Virus record (IMG/VR): IMGVR_UViG_3300025451_000033
Span: 1-35,926 of that record
Reading direction: 5' to 3' (one strand)
DNA: 35,926 nucleotides
DNA from: a virus
Lineage: Duplodnaviria > Caudoviricetes
Shown here: in pieces, positions 1 to 7,097 of the stretch
How the letters are laid out: the number at the start of each line of letters is the position of its first letter
Position numbering within the stretch: the first letter of the stretch is position 1
The notes under the pieces: model-generated
Databases searched by the model: none
Seen by the model: only the letters and a program-made list of their open reading frames with translations
What the model was told of the DNA's origin: nothing
Position numbers and translations under genes: made by a program

Positions 1-126
1 ACCCGCATAAAACGCTTCTTTTACCCCCTAGAGAAAATAGAATTGTTGGTTAGGAATTAGGGTTAGTAATAGGCTAAAATAGGGTTCATGTTCGTATGCG
101 AATACGTGGATGGTACGAAGGTTCCC
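1..126. repeat. Direct repeat, left flank copy 1 (identical to 35237..35362)
   Basis: acccgcataaaacg...acgaaggttccc matches base for base at 35237..35362; the copies diverge at 127/35363. Confidence 0.95.
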
Positions 127-199
127 ATTCACACCAACCGGACTAATTTACTATCTGATAAAATCAAAGAAATAGATCGCATGGCATATCGACTTATAT

Positions 200-286
200 T
201 GTTAACGAGCGTTAACGAGCGTTAACGAATAATATTAAGCGTTAACGGCTAATAATCACAAAACATTTAACTAGTGCCGTTAACGG
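200..286. promoter_or_regulatory. Array of five GTTAACG/CGTTAACG palindromic boxes, probable operators
   Basis: GTTAACG at 201, 211, 221, 241 and 279, the first three at 10-bp period, directly upstream of the RHH-containing ORF at 297. Confidence 0.6.
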
Positions 287-296
287 AAAGAATATC

Positions 297-1070
297 ATGA
301 AAGAAACAAATACCAATTCAGTAGTAGGATTTAGACCTAACTCAGAAGCTCTTGATAGTTTAAATGCTTGGATTAAAGCTGAGGTAGCAGGCGGAACATT
401 TAAGAATAAATCAGAATCGCTTAACAGTATCATTTCATGCTTTAGTGGAAATCTTTCGACTAAGAGATTCTTTATCTATCAGATAACAAATAATGTAAAT
501 GGAAAGGTTTATTTTGGGCAAACGGTTAATCCAGTAAATAGATTTCATACTCATATGAAACATGGTAACGCTTTACTATCAGCAGACGTTGAGGAGTATG
601 GTAAGAATGCATTTGTATTTGAAATTCTTTCTATTGTTGATACTCAAGCAAAAGCTGATGAGCAAGAAACAGAGTTGATTCAATTCATGTTTAAAACAAA
701 TAAAGAGTATTCGTATAACATTCATCCTGGTAATGGAAGTGCTGATACCATTTGCAAAGAAGAGAGTGAAACTATAAGTAAGGAATATGACCGTCCGGTA
801 TCATTTAGGATAAAAGGTGATCTTGATAAGAAAATAGATGCTATGGTTTTGAATACAAAGAAATCAAGAACAGATGTTTTTAATTATGTGGTAGGGAAGG
901 GGATTGAGTTTTTAGAAAGTAATGATAAGAAAGATGACCTAATCATTAATGAATATCAGCAAAAGCTTCTCTTAGCCTGGTCTCAACTCCCTAAGAACCT
1001 TGGTAAATCCCCTAGTGAGCTTTTAAATTCTATGATTGAACAGTGTTTAAAGAACAAGGTTAGTTTATGA
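297..1070 (+). CDS. RHH / GIY-YIG endonuclease / RHH fusion protein
   Basis: GIY-YIG motif FIYQITNNVNGKVYFGQT..R...H, later E and YN. RHH-like segments VVGFRPNSEALDSL..NKSESLNSII and VSFRIKGDLDKKIDAMVLNTKKSRTDVF. Confidence 0.75.
   Translation: MKETNTNSVVGFRPNSEALDSLNAWIKAEVAGGTFKNKSESLNSIISCFSGNLSTKRFFIYQITNNVNGKVYFGQTVNPVNRFHTHMKHGNALLSADVEEYGKNAFVFEILSIVDTQAKADEQETELIQFMFKTNKEYSYNIHPGNGSADTICKEESETISKEYDRPVSFRIKGDLDKKIDAMVLNTKKSRTDVFNYVVGKGIEFLESNDKKDDLIINEYQQKLLLAWSQLPKNLGKSPSELLNSMIEQCLKNKVSL
778..883. repeat. Direct repeat, right flank copy 1 (identical to 35821..35926)
   Basis: gtaaggaatatgaccg...gatgtttttaa is identical to the last 106 nt of the window. Confidence 0.95.
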
Positions 1071-1387
1071 ACGAATATGATTATGATATCTGTTATCTTG
1101 TTGATACTAACAACGATTCAGATTGGTTGCTATTGAATATTGTTATTTGTTTTGAAAATTATCCTTCTAGTATATTTGAATTTTTTATAAAAGATGAAGT
1201 AGTATTTGTTGAGCCTGATTATACCAATGAGTTAAATCATAAAGCATTTGTCATTGCTCGTAATATCTATAAGCTATCCAATATGTTTAGTTTTAAAGTG
1301 AAAGATAAGGCGTTGAAATCAATCCTATTAATAGAATCAGAAGAAGAGTGTTTAAAGCAATATCAAAACTATCTGATCTTAAAATGA
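1067..1387 (+). CDS. Hypothetical protein, paralogous C-terminus with 1398..1781
   Basis: ATGA overlap with the upstream ORF; ends in ESEEECLKQYQNYLILK. Confidence 0.7.
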   Translation: MNEYDYDICYLVDTNNDSDWLLLNIVICFENYPSSIFEFFIKDEVVFVEPDYTNELNHKAFVIARNIYKLSNMFSFKVKDKALKSILLIESEEECLKQYQNYLILK

Positions 1388-1397
1388 AAGGGTTATC

Positions 1398-1781
1398 ATG
1401 AGTTATAGTATAAGTGTATTCGATATCTCATATCATAAATTATCTATATTAAAAGTTGAAATGTATATCGAATGTAGGTCTTGTGTTAAATATAATCTGA
1501 TAAAGTATTTCTTTTCTGTTAGAGATAACGGTTTTTGTTGTGAGCTTTTTAATTCAAATGACCAGATAAAGAATGATTGGTGTAAGTGTGCTAGAAAAGA
1601 AAGAGTAATGGTAAGAGATAATATGGATAGTCTAGCTTTACAAATAGCTCAAAGGTATGTGTATGTATATTCAATACTAAAGCAAGAGATACCTATTAAC
1701 GAACTAACAATAAAGGCTTTAATGATGGAATCGCAAGAACAGTGTTTAAATGCGATTCAAAACTATTTGTTGTTGCAATAA
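1398..1781 (+). CDS. Hypothetical protein, paralogous C-terminus with 1067..1387
   Basis: RBS-like GAAAGGG upstream; ends in ESQEQCLNAIQNYLLLQ. Confidence 0.7.
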   Translation: MSYSISVFDISYHKLSILKVEMYIECRSCVKYNLIKYFFSVRDNGFCCELFNSNDQIKNDWCKCARKERVMVRDNMDSLALQIAQRYVYVYSILKQEIPINELTIKALMMESQEQCLNAIQNYLLLQ

Positions 1782-1803
1782 GCAAAGCGCAATTGCTTAA
1801 GTT

Positions 1804-1842
1804 AAAATAAAAAGAGGAGCCATTTCTGGCTCCCTTATTTTA
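1804..1842. terminator. Bidirectional intrinsic terminator
   Basis: A-tract, GGAGCCA-tttc-TGGCTCC hairpin, T-rich tail, between convergent units. Confidence 0.75.
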
Positions 1843-1998
1843 TCTTCCTTCTAGACCATCTAGAACTTTCCATGCTTCTTGTAGTTCCTTGTCAATTCTA
1901 TTCTTCTTGTCTTCTGCCTTTATTCATTCGTCTTCAGCCTTGTTAGCTTCTTTGGTCAGTCTCTCAACTTCCAACCTTGCTTGTTCAATCGGCGTCAT
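1840..1998 (-). pseudogene. Small leaderless coiled-coil ORF with one in-frame TGA (not in ORF track)
   Basis: MTPIEQARLEVERLTKEANKAEDE*IKAEDKKNRIDKELQEAWKVLDGLEGR*. The ATG is 6 nt after the -10 box and the TAA abuts the terminator. Confidence 0.6.
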
Positions 1999-2004
1999 TT
2001 ACTA

Positions 2005-2046
2005 ATCTTACCTCGGTTGTTAAGCTAGGTCAAGAACTAATTTAGC
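2005..2046 (-). promoter_or_regulatory. Sigma70-type promoter TTGACC-17-TAAGAT inside 21-bp repeat copy 1
   Basis: -35 at 2033..2028, -10 at 2010..2005; 2026..2046 is identical to 2297..2317. Confidence 0.75.
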
Positions 2047-2052
2047 GATGGC

Positions 2053-2090
2053 AAAAGAAAAAGGGGAGTCACCTTTCGGCGCTCCCCCTC
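2053..2090 (-). terminator. Intrinsic terminator
   Basis: GGGGAG-CGCC-GAAA-GGTG-A-CTCCCC followed by TTTTTCTTTT on the minus strand. Confidence 0.85.
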
Positions 2091-2094
2091 GTTC

Positions 2095-2268
2095 TCACCT
2101 CAACCAAACCCTCGTTCCTTCGACCCTTACCCCGATTCTCTTTCTCATTCCCAGCCTCTCTAGCTCCTGCCTGGCTTCCTTCCATTCTTTCTTGCTCATT
2201 CCTTGCGTCTCTAGGGAGTCGAGTTGCTTGACCACTTTTTGAATCAACCTGCTCAGTTCCGGATTCAT
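2095..2268 (-). CDS. Small basic leaderless protein, 57 aa (not in ORF track)
   Basis: MNPELSRLIQKVVKQLDSLETQGMSKKEWKEARQELERLGMRKRIGVRVEGTRVWLR*, exactly filling the space between promoter and terminator. Confidence 0.7.
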   Translation of the reverse strand: MNPELSRLIQKVVKQLDSLETQGMSKKEWKEARQELERLGMRKRIGVRVEGTRVWLR

Positions 2269-2275
2269 TAAGACT

Positions 2276-2317
2276 ATAATAAGCTAACCAGATCATTAGG
2301 TCAAGAACTAATTTAGC
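2276..2317 (-). promoter_or_regulatory. Sigma70-type promoter TTGACC-17-TATTAT inside 21-bp repeat copy 2
   Basis: -35 at 2304..2299, -10 at 2281..2276, ATG 7 nt downstream. Confidence 0.75.
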
Positions 2318-2951
2318 TAGTCATGACGATTCTTCTAACAACCCCCAAAGAAAGGCTTGTTCCTTCGCTTTGAAGAATATCAACGATTTTTTGAAAGCTT
2401 GCTCCTCTTTTCCTCAAGTCAAGGATTCTATCAACGATTGGTTGTTGTTCGGGGCAGGGGACAAGAAAGCCATTCACAACCTTTTTTCCAAAACCTACGC
2501 GTCCAACGCTTTTTCCTTGCTTAACCATTTCCTTCATTGCTGTTGATGTTCTCAAACCAATTGTTTGTCTTTCCCATTCTGAAATAACAGTCATCAAGTT
2601 AATGTACATTCGACCATTTGGTGTTTTCGTATCTATGTTTTCTCCAATTGACTTAATGCTAAAGTTCGTTTTGGAGAACGTTTCCACCAGCGTTTGCAAA
2701 TCCCTTACGCTTCTGGTCAGTCGGTCAAGAGAAGAAATGACCATCCCTTCAAAGCAAAAGCGATTGTCAATGATAAACTTAAGATACTTTCGATTCAAGT
2801 CTTTGCCCGAACATCCAATATCATAAACAATATCATGTAGCTCCAAATCATGAGCCTTACAATAGTCTTTGATTCTCCTTTCTTGAGCATCTGGTGATAT
2901 CATTTGTTTTTCAAGTTCAAGTGAGCTTCTAACATAGCCTATGTAACTCAT
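2313..2951 (-). CDS. Small serine recombinase (resolvase/invertase family)
   Basis: GYVRSS catalytic motif, DIGCSGKDLNR, SSLDRLTRS, ISEWERQTIGLRT. Confidence 0.92.
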   Translation of the reverse strand: MSYIGYVRSSLELEKQMISPDAQERRIKDYCKAHDLELHDIVYDIGCSGKDLNRKYLKFIIDNRFCFEGMVISSLDRLTRSVRDLQTLVETFSKTNFSIKSIGENIDTKTPNGRMYINLMTVISEWERQTIGLRTSTAMKEMVKQGKSVGRVGFGKKVVNGFLVPCPEQQPIVDRILDLRKRGASFQKIVDILQSEGTSLSLGVVRRIVMTS

Positions 2952-4057
2952 GAGTTAATCTTTTCATAATCAGCTTTCCAATCATTACTTACCTTGGAAG
3001 CATAGTTGAGAACAGTCGCAAAATTCTCATGACCAGCCCAACGCATAACAATGGGAGCGCTTACTCCCTTTTCCAACCATCGTGTGATAGCAGTGTGACG
3101 GCAAGAATAAAAGATAAGATATTTCCTTGAGCTAAACCCTGCTCGTTTCTTTAGTTTAGCCCACATTTTAGTAAAGATGTTATCTCTAGCGGTTCGATGT
3201 CTAGAGTATTTGTTAGGAAAAACAATGTTCTGGTGTCCGTTTTGACGTTTTAGTTTCTCCAAAGCAACAATAACATCATTGCTCATGGGAACTTGACGAT
3301 CTTTTTTATTCTTTGTTGTAAAGTCATTATCGTTTGTAATTCTAATTAGTTTGTTCTCAAAATCAACATCATCCCAGCAAAGTTGTCTTAGCTCAGCTGG
3401 TCTTAGTCCGCAGTAAATGCTAACAACATAAAAGGCTGAAACAACATAAGGCTCAACCTTTGTTGCTTCCAAAAAGTTGTCTATTTCTTCTTGACTCCTA
3501 AACATGTCCCGACGTTCGGGACCTTTTGGCATTTTCACTTTCTTGGTAATAGGAACACTTGTTATCCAGCCGCTTAGACAAGCCTCGTTCAAAAGGCTAA
3601 TCAACAGCGTAACGTGCATATTGATGGAAGTGTTAGAAAGGTTTCCTTTGGGCATTCTGTACCTATTGCCCATGTTAGGTTTCTTTGCCTGGTCACTTAC
3701 AAAATCTTGGATTCTTTCTCGTGTGATTTCTTCAAGCAAACAGTTTTCACCAAAGAAAGGAACAAGATGGTTGTCATATGTTTGTTGGTCTTTGTAAAAA
3801 GCTTTCTTGCTTGCTCTGATTATCTTCCATTTGTCAAAGATTGATTTAAGCGTTTTAGCATCTGGATTATAATCGCTTGATTTCTCTTGTCTAATCTTTT
3901 CTAGTTTTTCATTGCTTATTTTCTCTTCCAATCCTAGCTTAAATTTGTTTGCTTGTAGTTCATCAATAAAGCTTTTAGAAAACCGCTTGCGTCCGCTCCC
4001 CCATTGAACGACCCATGTCGGGATTTCCTTGTCTTTGCGCTTGAAGATCGTTGCCAT
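2948..4057 (-). CDS. int: Tyrosine integrase
   Basis: GLRPAEL (R), TTKNKK (K), FYSCRH, WAGH, NY (Y). Start moved to MATIFKRK at 4057 because of the GAGAGGG RBS. Confidence 0.92.
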   Translation of the reverse strand: MATIFKRKDKEIPTWVVQWGSGRKRFSKSFIDELQANKFKLGLEEKISNEKLEKIRQEKSSDYNPDAKTLKSIFDKWKIIRASKKAFYKDQQTYDNHLVPFFGENCLLEEITRERIQDFVSDQAKKPNMGNRYRMPKGNLSNTSINMHVTLLISLLNEACLSGWITSVPITKKVKMPKGPERRDMFRSQEEIDNFLEATKVEPYVVSAFYVVSIYCGLRPAELRQLCWDDVDFENKLIRITNDNDFTTKNKKDRQVPMSNDVIVALEKLKRQNGHQNIVFPNKYSRHRTARDNIFTKMWAKLKKRAGFSSRKYLIFYSCRHTAITRWLEKGVSAPIVMRWAGHENFATVLNYASKVSNDWKADYEKINS

Positions 4058-4099
4058 GTTGTACCCTCTCAAAATCCCCGTGAAAAACGCCCTTTGGAA

Positions 4100-4365
4100 A
4101 AGTATGCAACTGGTTTGGGATTCCCGGGCGCTCAGTTGCAACCTGTCAAGACTCTTTACTACCTATGTGCAACTGACCGGAATTGTTGTGCTTTGTGGTC
4201 GTTTTGGTGTTCCTAGTTGCACGTGGTTTTGACTCAATGTGCAACTGGCGAGTATGCAACCCTCGAATTTCCCGGGAAAAGCTCATGAAGCCTCAGAACT
4301 ATACATTGCCCGCACCCCGGAAAATAGCCAGATTTTGCATAAAGTTTCTTCGGGTATGCACCCCA
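4100..4365. repeat. Cluster of TGCAAC(T/C) boxes in both orientations, candidate attP arm sites
   Basis: Boxes near 4102, 4133 (inverted), 4165, 4214 (inverted), 4237, 4252 and a variant at 4354, in non-coding DNA next to int. Confidence 0.55.
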
Positions 4366-4645
4366 ACGACCACTGAACAACTACCTGAACGCCCCGTAAA
4401 ACGCCCGTCTCGCCTCAGAAAAAGTTTGACATCAAAAACCTTTCGTGCCGAACGATTGGTCAATCAACCTTAGCAAAAAAATCTTTGCCAAAGGTCGCCA
4501 CCAAAAGCCCTTTGGCTCGCGAGGTTCCCAACGCTACGCCAGAACGCCGCGAAGGCGCGCATTGACCCGTCCAGCCTCAGCGTTGCCATTCTATGAGAGC
4601 GAGAGCGGCTCTACGTGCCAACGAGCCGGCGGTTATATATGTTTC

Positions 4646-5161
4646 ATGAAGCAATTAACTCTCTATATATTGGTAAATAAGATTAGCGGAAGAACGTATA
4701 TTGGACAAACTAGACAAGTGCTAAAAAGAAGAATGAGGGAACATAAGTTCGATGCGACTAGAAGTGACCTTCCGTTATATGCCGATATTAAGAAATTAGG
4801 CTTCTCATCATTTGCTAGCCTGACAGTAGCTGTTTTCTCAACGAGAGAAGAGGCGTGGAAAGCCGAGAAAGAGTTAATATCCTTTTATAAAAAGCTAGGA
4901 TTGCAACTGTATAACATGTCAGAAGGCGGAAGGGGACCAACAGGTGTTAAAAGAAGTGAGATTAGCATAGCAAAAATGAGCGGCGAAAATCATGGTGCTG
5001 TAAAATTAACAGATATTCAAGTGGATGAAATTAGAAAACACGTTGATGATGGAATTCTTAGTTATTTAGAAATTGCGATTAAGTATAAAATATCTAGACA
5101 GTACGTAAGGAAGCTACACTTGAGAACGTCCCGCAAAAATCGCACTTGTGTGATGGGGTAA
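4646..5161 (+). CDS. GIY-YIG homing endonuclease with C-terminal HTH
   Basis: LYILVNKISGRTYIGQT..RMREH, EKELI, YNMSEGG, GENHGAVKLT plus HTH. Likely leaderless start at 4646 (TATATA 6 nt upstream). Confidence 0.88.
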   Translation: MKQLTLYILVNKISGRTYIGQTRQVLKRRMREHKFDATRSDLPLYADIKKLGFSSFASLTVAVFSTREEAWKAEKELISFYKKLGLQLYNMSEGGRGPTGVKRSEISIAKMSGENHGAVKLTDIQVDEIRKHVDDGILSYLEIAIKYKISRQYVRKLHLRTSRKNRTCVMG

Positions 5162-6199
5162 GGTGTGATACGGCGCCAGAGAGCTGGTCTTTGTTGCGTG
5201 GTTCTCCTTACGGATGAGCCCAAAAGAAAACCCCATCAATAAATATTGATGGGGTTCGGGAACACTGACCAGCGGTTTTTCTAATTCCTCGAACTTCATC
5301 TGAAGTTCATCAAGCTCCGCCATACGAAGCTCGATTTCCTTTTTACGAGCTTTGGTAGCGGTCTTTTTCTCTTCCTTCAAGTCTTCTTGTTCGCTCATTA
5401 CATCCTCTAGCGTCATCGCTTCTTCTTCTTGCTCGCCTTCGGAAGAGTCCGGCGCTTGCTCTTCTTCGTCGTCTTGATCGCTGGTTCCTTCTTTCTCCCA
5501 CTTGATCAAGTCTTCGTCATTGAGCTTTTTGTTTCGTGCATCAAGCTCGCGAGTTTTAACCGTCTCTCGCAAGCTCATGGGGCGAAGCGTTCGGATAAAC
5601 TTCTCCTTATCGCTCAAGTCGTTTACGTGACCTTTGCCCCAATCCAACGCCGATTTCATAGCAGCGTTGAAATCGTTCTCTCGGTTCTTGCTCAAATACC
5701 AAACATGAGTGAATTTGATGGAGCGCCAAAACTCCTTAAAGTTATCAGCCGATGCGCCGTAATAGCGAATCATATTGATAACCTCATCTTCGGACTTTTG
5801 ACCATCACCCCTTGCGGCTCGCGTCTTTGCTTCGGGCGCTTCTCCACCAGAAGAATTCAGAACGTAACCTGAAATCTGCGAGTAGTTGTTCAAGCGAGGT
5901 TCTTTATCAGAACCAGAAGCGCGAAGTTGTTGTTTTGCTTCGTAGCGAAGTTCGCTCCAAGCATCGAGAATTGCGTTTTTCTGGTCTTCATTTGCCAGAT
6001 ATTCCGCCGTTCCCTTCTTCGGGTTAAAACCCTCAGCGAGCTTGAAATCGTCATCATTAGGAGTTGTTTTCTTGATGATGTCGAAAAGCTCTTTTGCAAG
6101 GTCGTTGCTCAACCATCGGTGTGACTTGTCGCCGCAACCTTTGATGAGATCCGAAAGAGCACTCTTGATGATGTTTTGCGATGCGATTTTGAGAGCCAT
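5114..6199 (-). CDS. Hypothetical protein with acidic/coiled-coil C-terminus; true end probably near 5280
   Basis: 361-codon ORF with its own promoter and more GC-rich codons; the last ~50 codons run through a terminator. Confidence 0.7.
   Translation of the reverse strand: MALKIASQNIIKSALSDLIKGCGDKSHRWLSNDLAKELFDIIKKTTPNDDDFKLAEGFNPKKGTAEYLANEDQKNAILDAWSELRYEAKQQLRASGSDKEPRLNNYSQISGYVLNSSGGEAPEAKTRAARGDGQKSEDEVINMIRYYGASADNFKEFWRSIKFTHVWYLSKNRENDFNAAMKSALDWGKGHVNDLSDKEKFIRTLRPMSLRETVKTRELDARNKKLNDEDLIKWEKEGTSDQDDEEEQAPDSSEGEQEEEAMTLEDVMSEQEDLKEEKKTATKARKKEIELRMAELDELQMKFEELEKPLVSVPEPHQYLLMGFSFGLIRKENHATKTSSLAPYHTLPHHTSAIFAGRSQV
5222..5256 (-). terminator. Intrinsic terminator inside the 3' end of ORF 5114..6199
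   Basis: AACCCCATCAAT-attt-ATTGATGGGGTT then TTCTTTT on the minus strand. Confidence 0.75.
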
Positions 6200-6300
6200 G
6201 GTTTTTTCTTTTCTCGCCCTTATGAGGCGGTTTGGTTATTCAGTTGTAAAAGAACAATCTTTGCTTCGCGTTGGTCCTTCCTGCCCAACCAACGAAAATC

Positions 6301-6340
6301 ATTCTAAGCCCCTTCCTAAATTAGTTCAAGAACTATTTTC
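6301..6340 (-). promoter_or_regulatory. Promoter TTGAAC-17-TAGAAT with the AAA(T)TAGTTC upstream box shared with the 2.0 and 2.3 kb promoters
   Basis: -35 at 6329..6324, -10 at 6306..6301; the box occurs as an inverted pair overlapping the -35. Confidence 0.65.
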
Positions 6341-6527
6341 GTTCGCTGGTGATTTTGTTCAACCCCCAAAATTCCCGCCTTTAAAGGATCGCGCAACACG
6401 CGTTGCACGTCTTTACAAGCTCATCAAGAACTTTCTTCGTGAAAATCATCAACGCCGAAGACCTACACTATCCTACATTGGTTGCTAACGCATACACCAT
6501 CCCCAACGCATATCAATACATCATCGT

Positions 6528-7097
6528 ATGTCAAGCATAGAAATCGAAGAAGGGCAAGAGTATGTTTATCGAACAGTATCTCAAGCCAAAGCCGAAGACA
6601 AAAAAGCTAGCACAGAAACAATAAGGTCAAAAGTAGAAGCTCTTATGAAAGAAATAATCATAAGAAAGCAGATTGAGAAATACACAAGCATGGAAGTAAT
6701 TAGATGGTTAGAGGAAGAGCACAACATTGTTATTACTTCGCCTCAGTTTTCTAAAATCTACAAAGAATATCCCGAAGCCGATAAGCAAAAGATAATTGCT
6801 GTTGTGCATTTAAAACAATCTTCTCTAACAAATACATTTCTCACAAATGTTTGGAGTAACGTAATGCTAAAGGCACGAGATATCATAGACTCATGCAAAG
6901 GTGTTGATGTCGCTTCTGTTAAAAAACTAAAAGATGCCGTTGAGATTCTTTCAAAAAGCTCAACTGAAATGTTAAAATCAGTAGAGTACGCAAAAATCAA
7001 CGAAGAAAAAATAATAAACTCAGGAGAAGAAGTTGATGACATCAACGATCAAATCGAAGCGCTCAAAAGAGCAAAGCGTAAATCTATGGAACAATGA
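6528..7097 (+). CDS. Probable terminase small subunit
   Basis: Immediately upstream of terL; helical and charged with an HTH-like N-terminal half. Confidence 0.6.
   Translation: MSSIEIEEGQEYVYRTVSQAKAEDKKASTETIRSKVEALMKEIIIRKQIEKYTSMEVIRWLEEEHNIVITSPQFSKIYKEYPEADKQKIIAVVHLKQSSLTNTFLTNVWSNVMLKARDIIDSCKGVDVASVKKLKDAVEILSKSSTEMLKSVEYAKINEEKIINSGEEVDDINDQIEALKRAKRKSMEQ

Noticed and set aside
88-160. DGR-like template/variable pair between 127..156 and 35363..35392
   Set aside because: Differences are not confined to adenines, and no reverse transcriptase is present.
1924-1926. Genome-wide TGA recoding
   Set aside because: TGA serves as a stop in many ATGA-coupled junctions (1070, 12649, 13086, 13535, 23839), and long genes are intact in the standard code.
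2048-2296. Track ORFs 2048..2242 (+) and 2069..2296 (-)
   Set aside because: They overlap promoter and terminator elements; the 2095..2268 frame fits the cassette exactly.
2026-2317. CRISPR mini-array from the 21-bp repeats
   Set aside because: Only two copies 271 bp apart; they contain promoter -35 boxes, and no cas genes are present.
4060-4640. tRNA or tRNA fragment as att core
   Set aside because: No cloverleaf or T-arm/CCA 3' end recognised by eye; tRNAscan or BLAST would be needed.
4004-4645. Short ORFs 4004..4473 and the N-terminal extensions of int and the GIY-YIG gene
   Set aside because: Repeat-rich intergenic DNA with no RBS or protein-like composition; better starts exist at 4057 and 4646.
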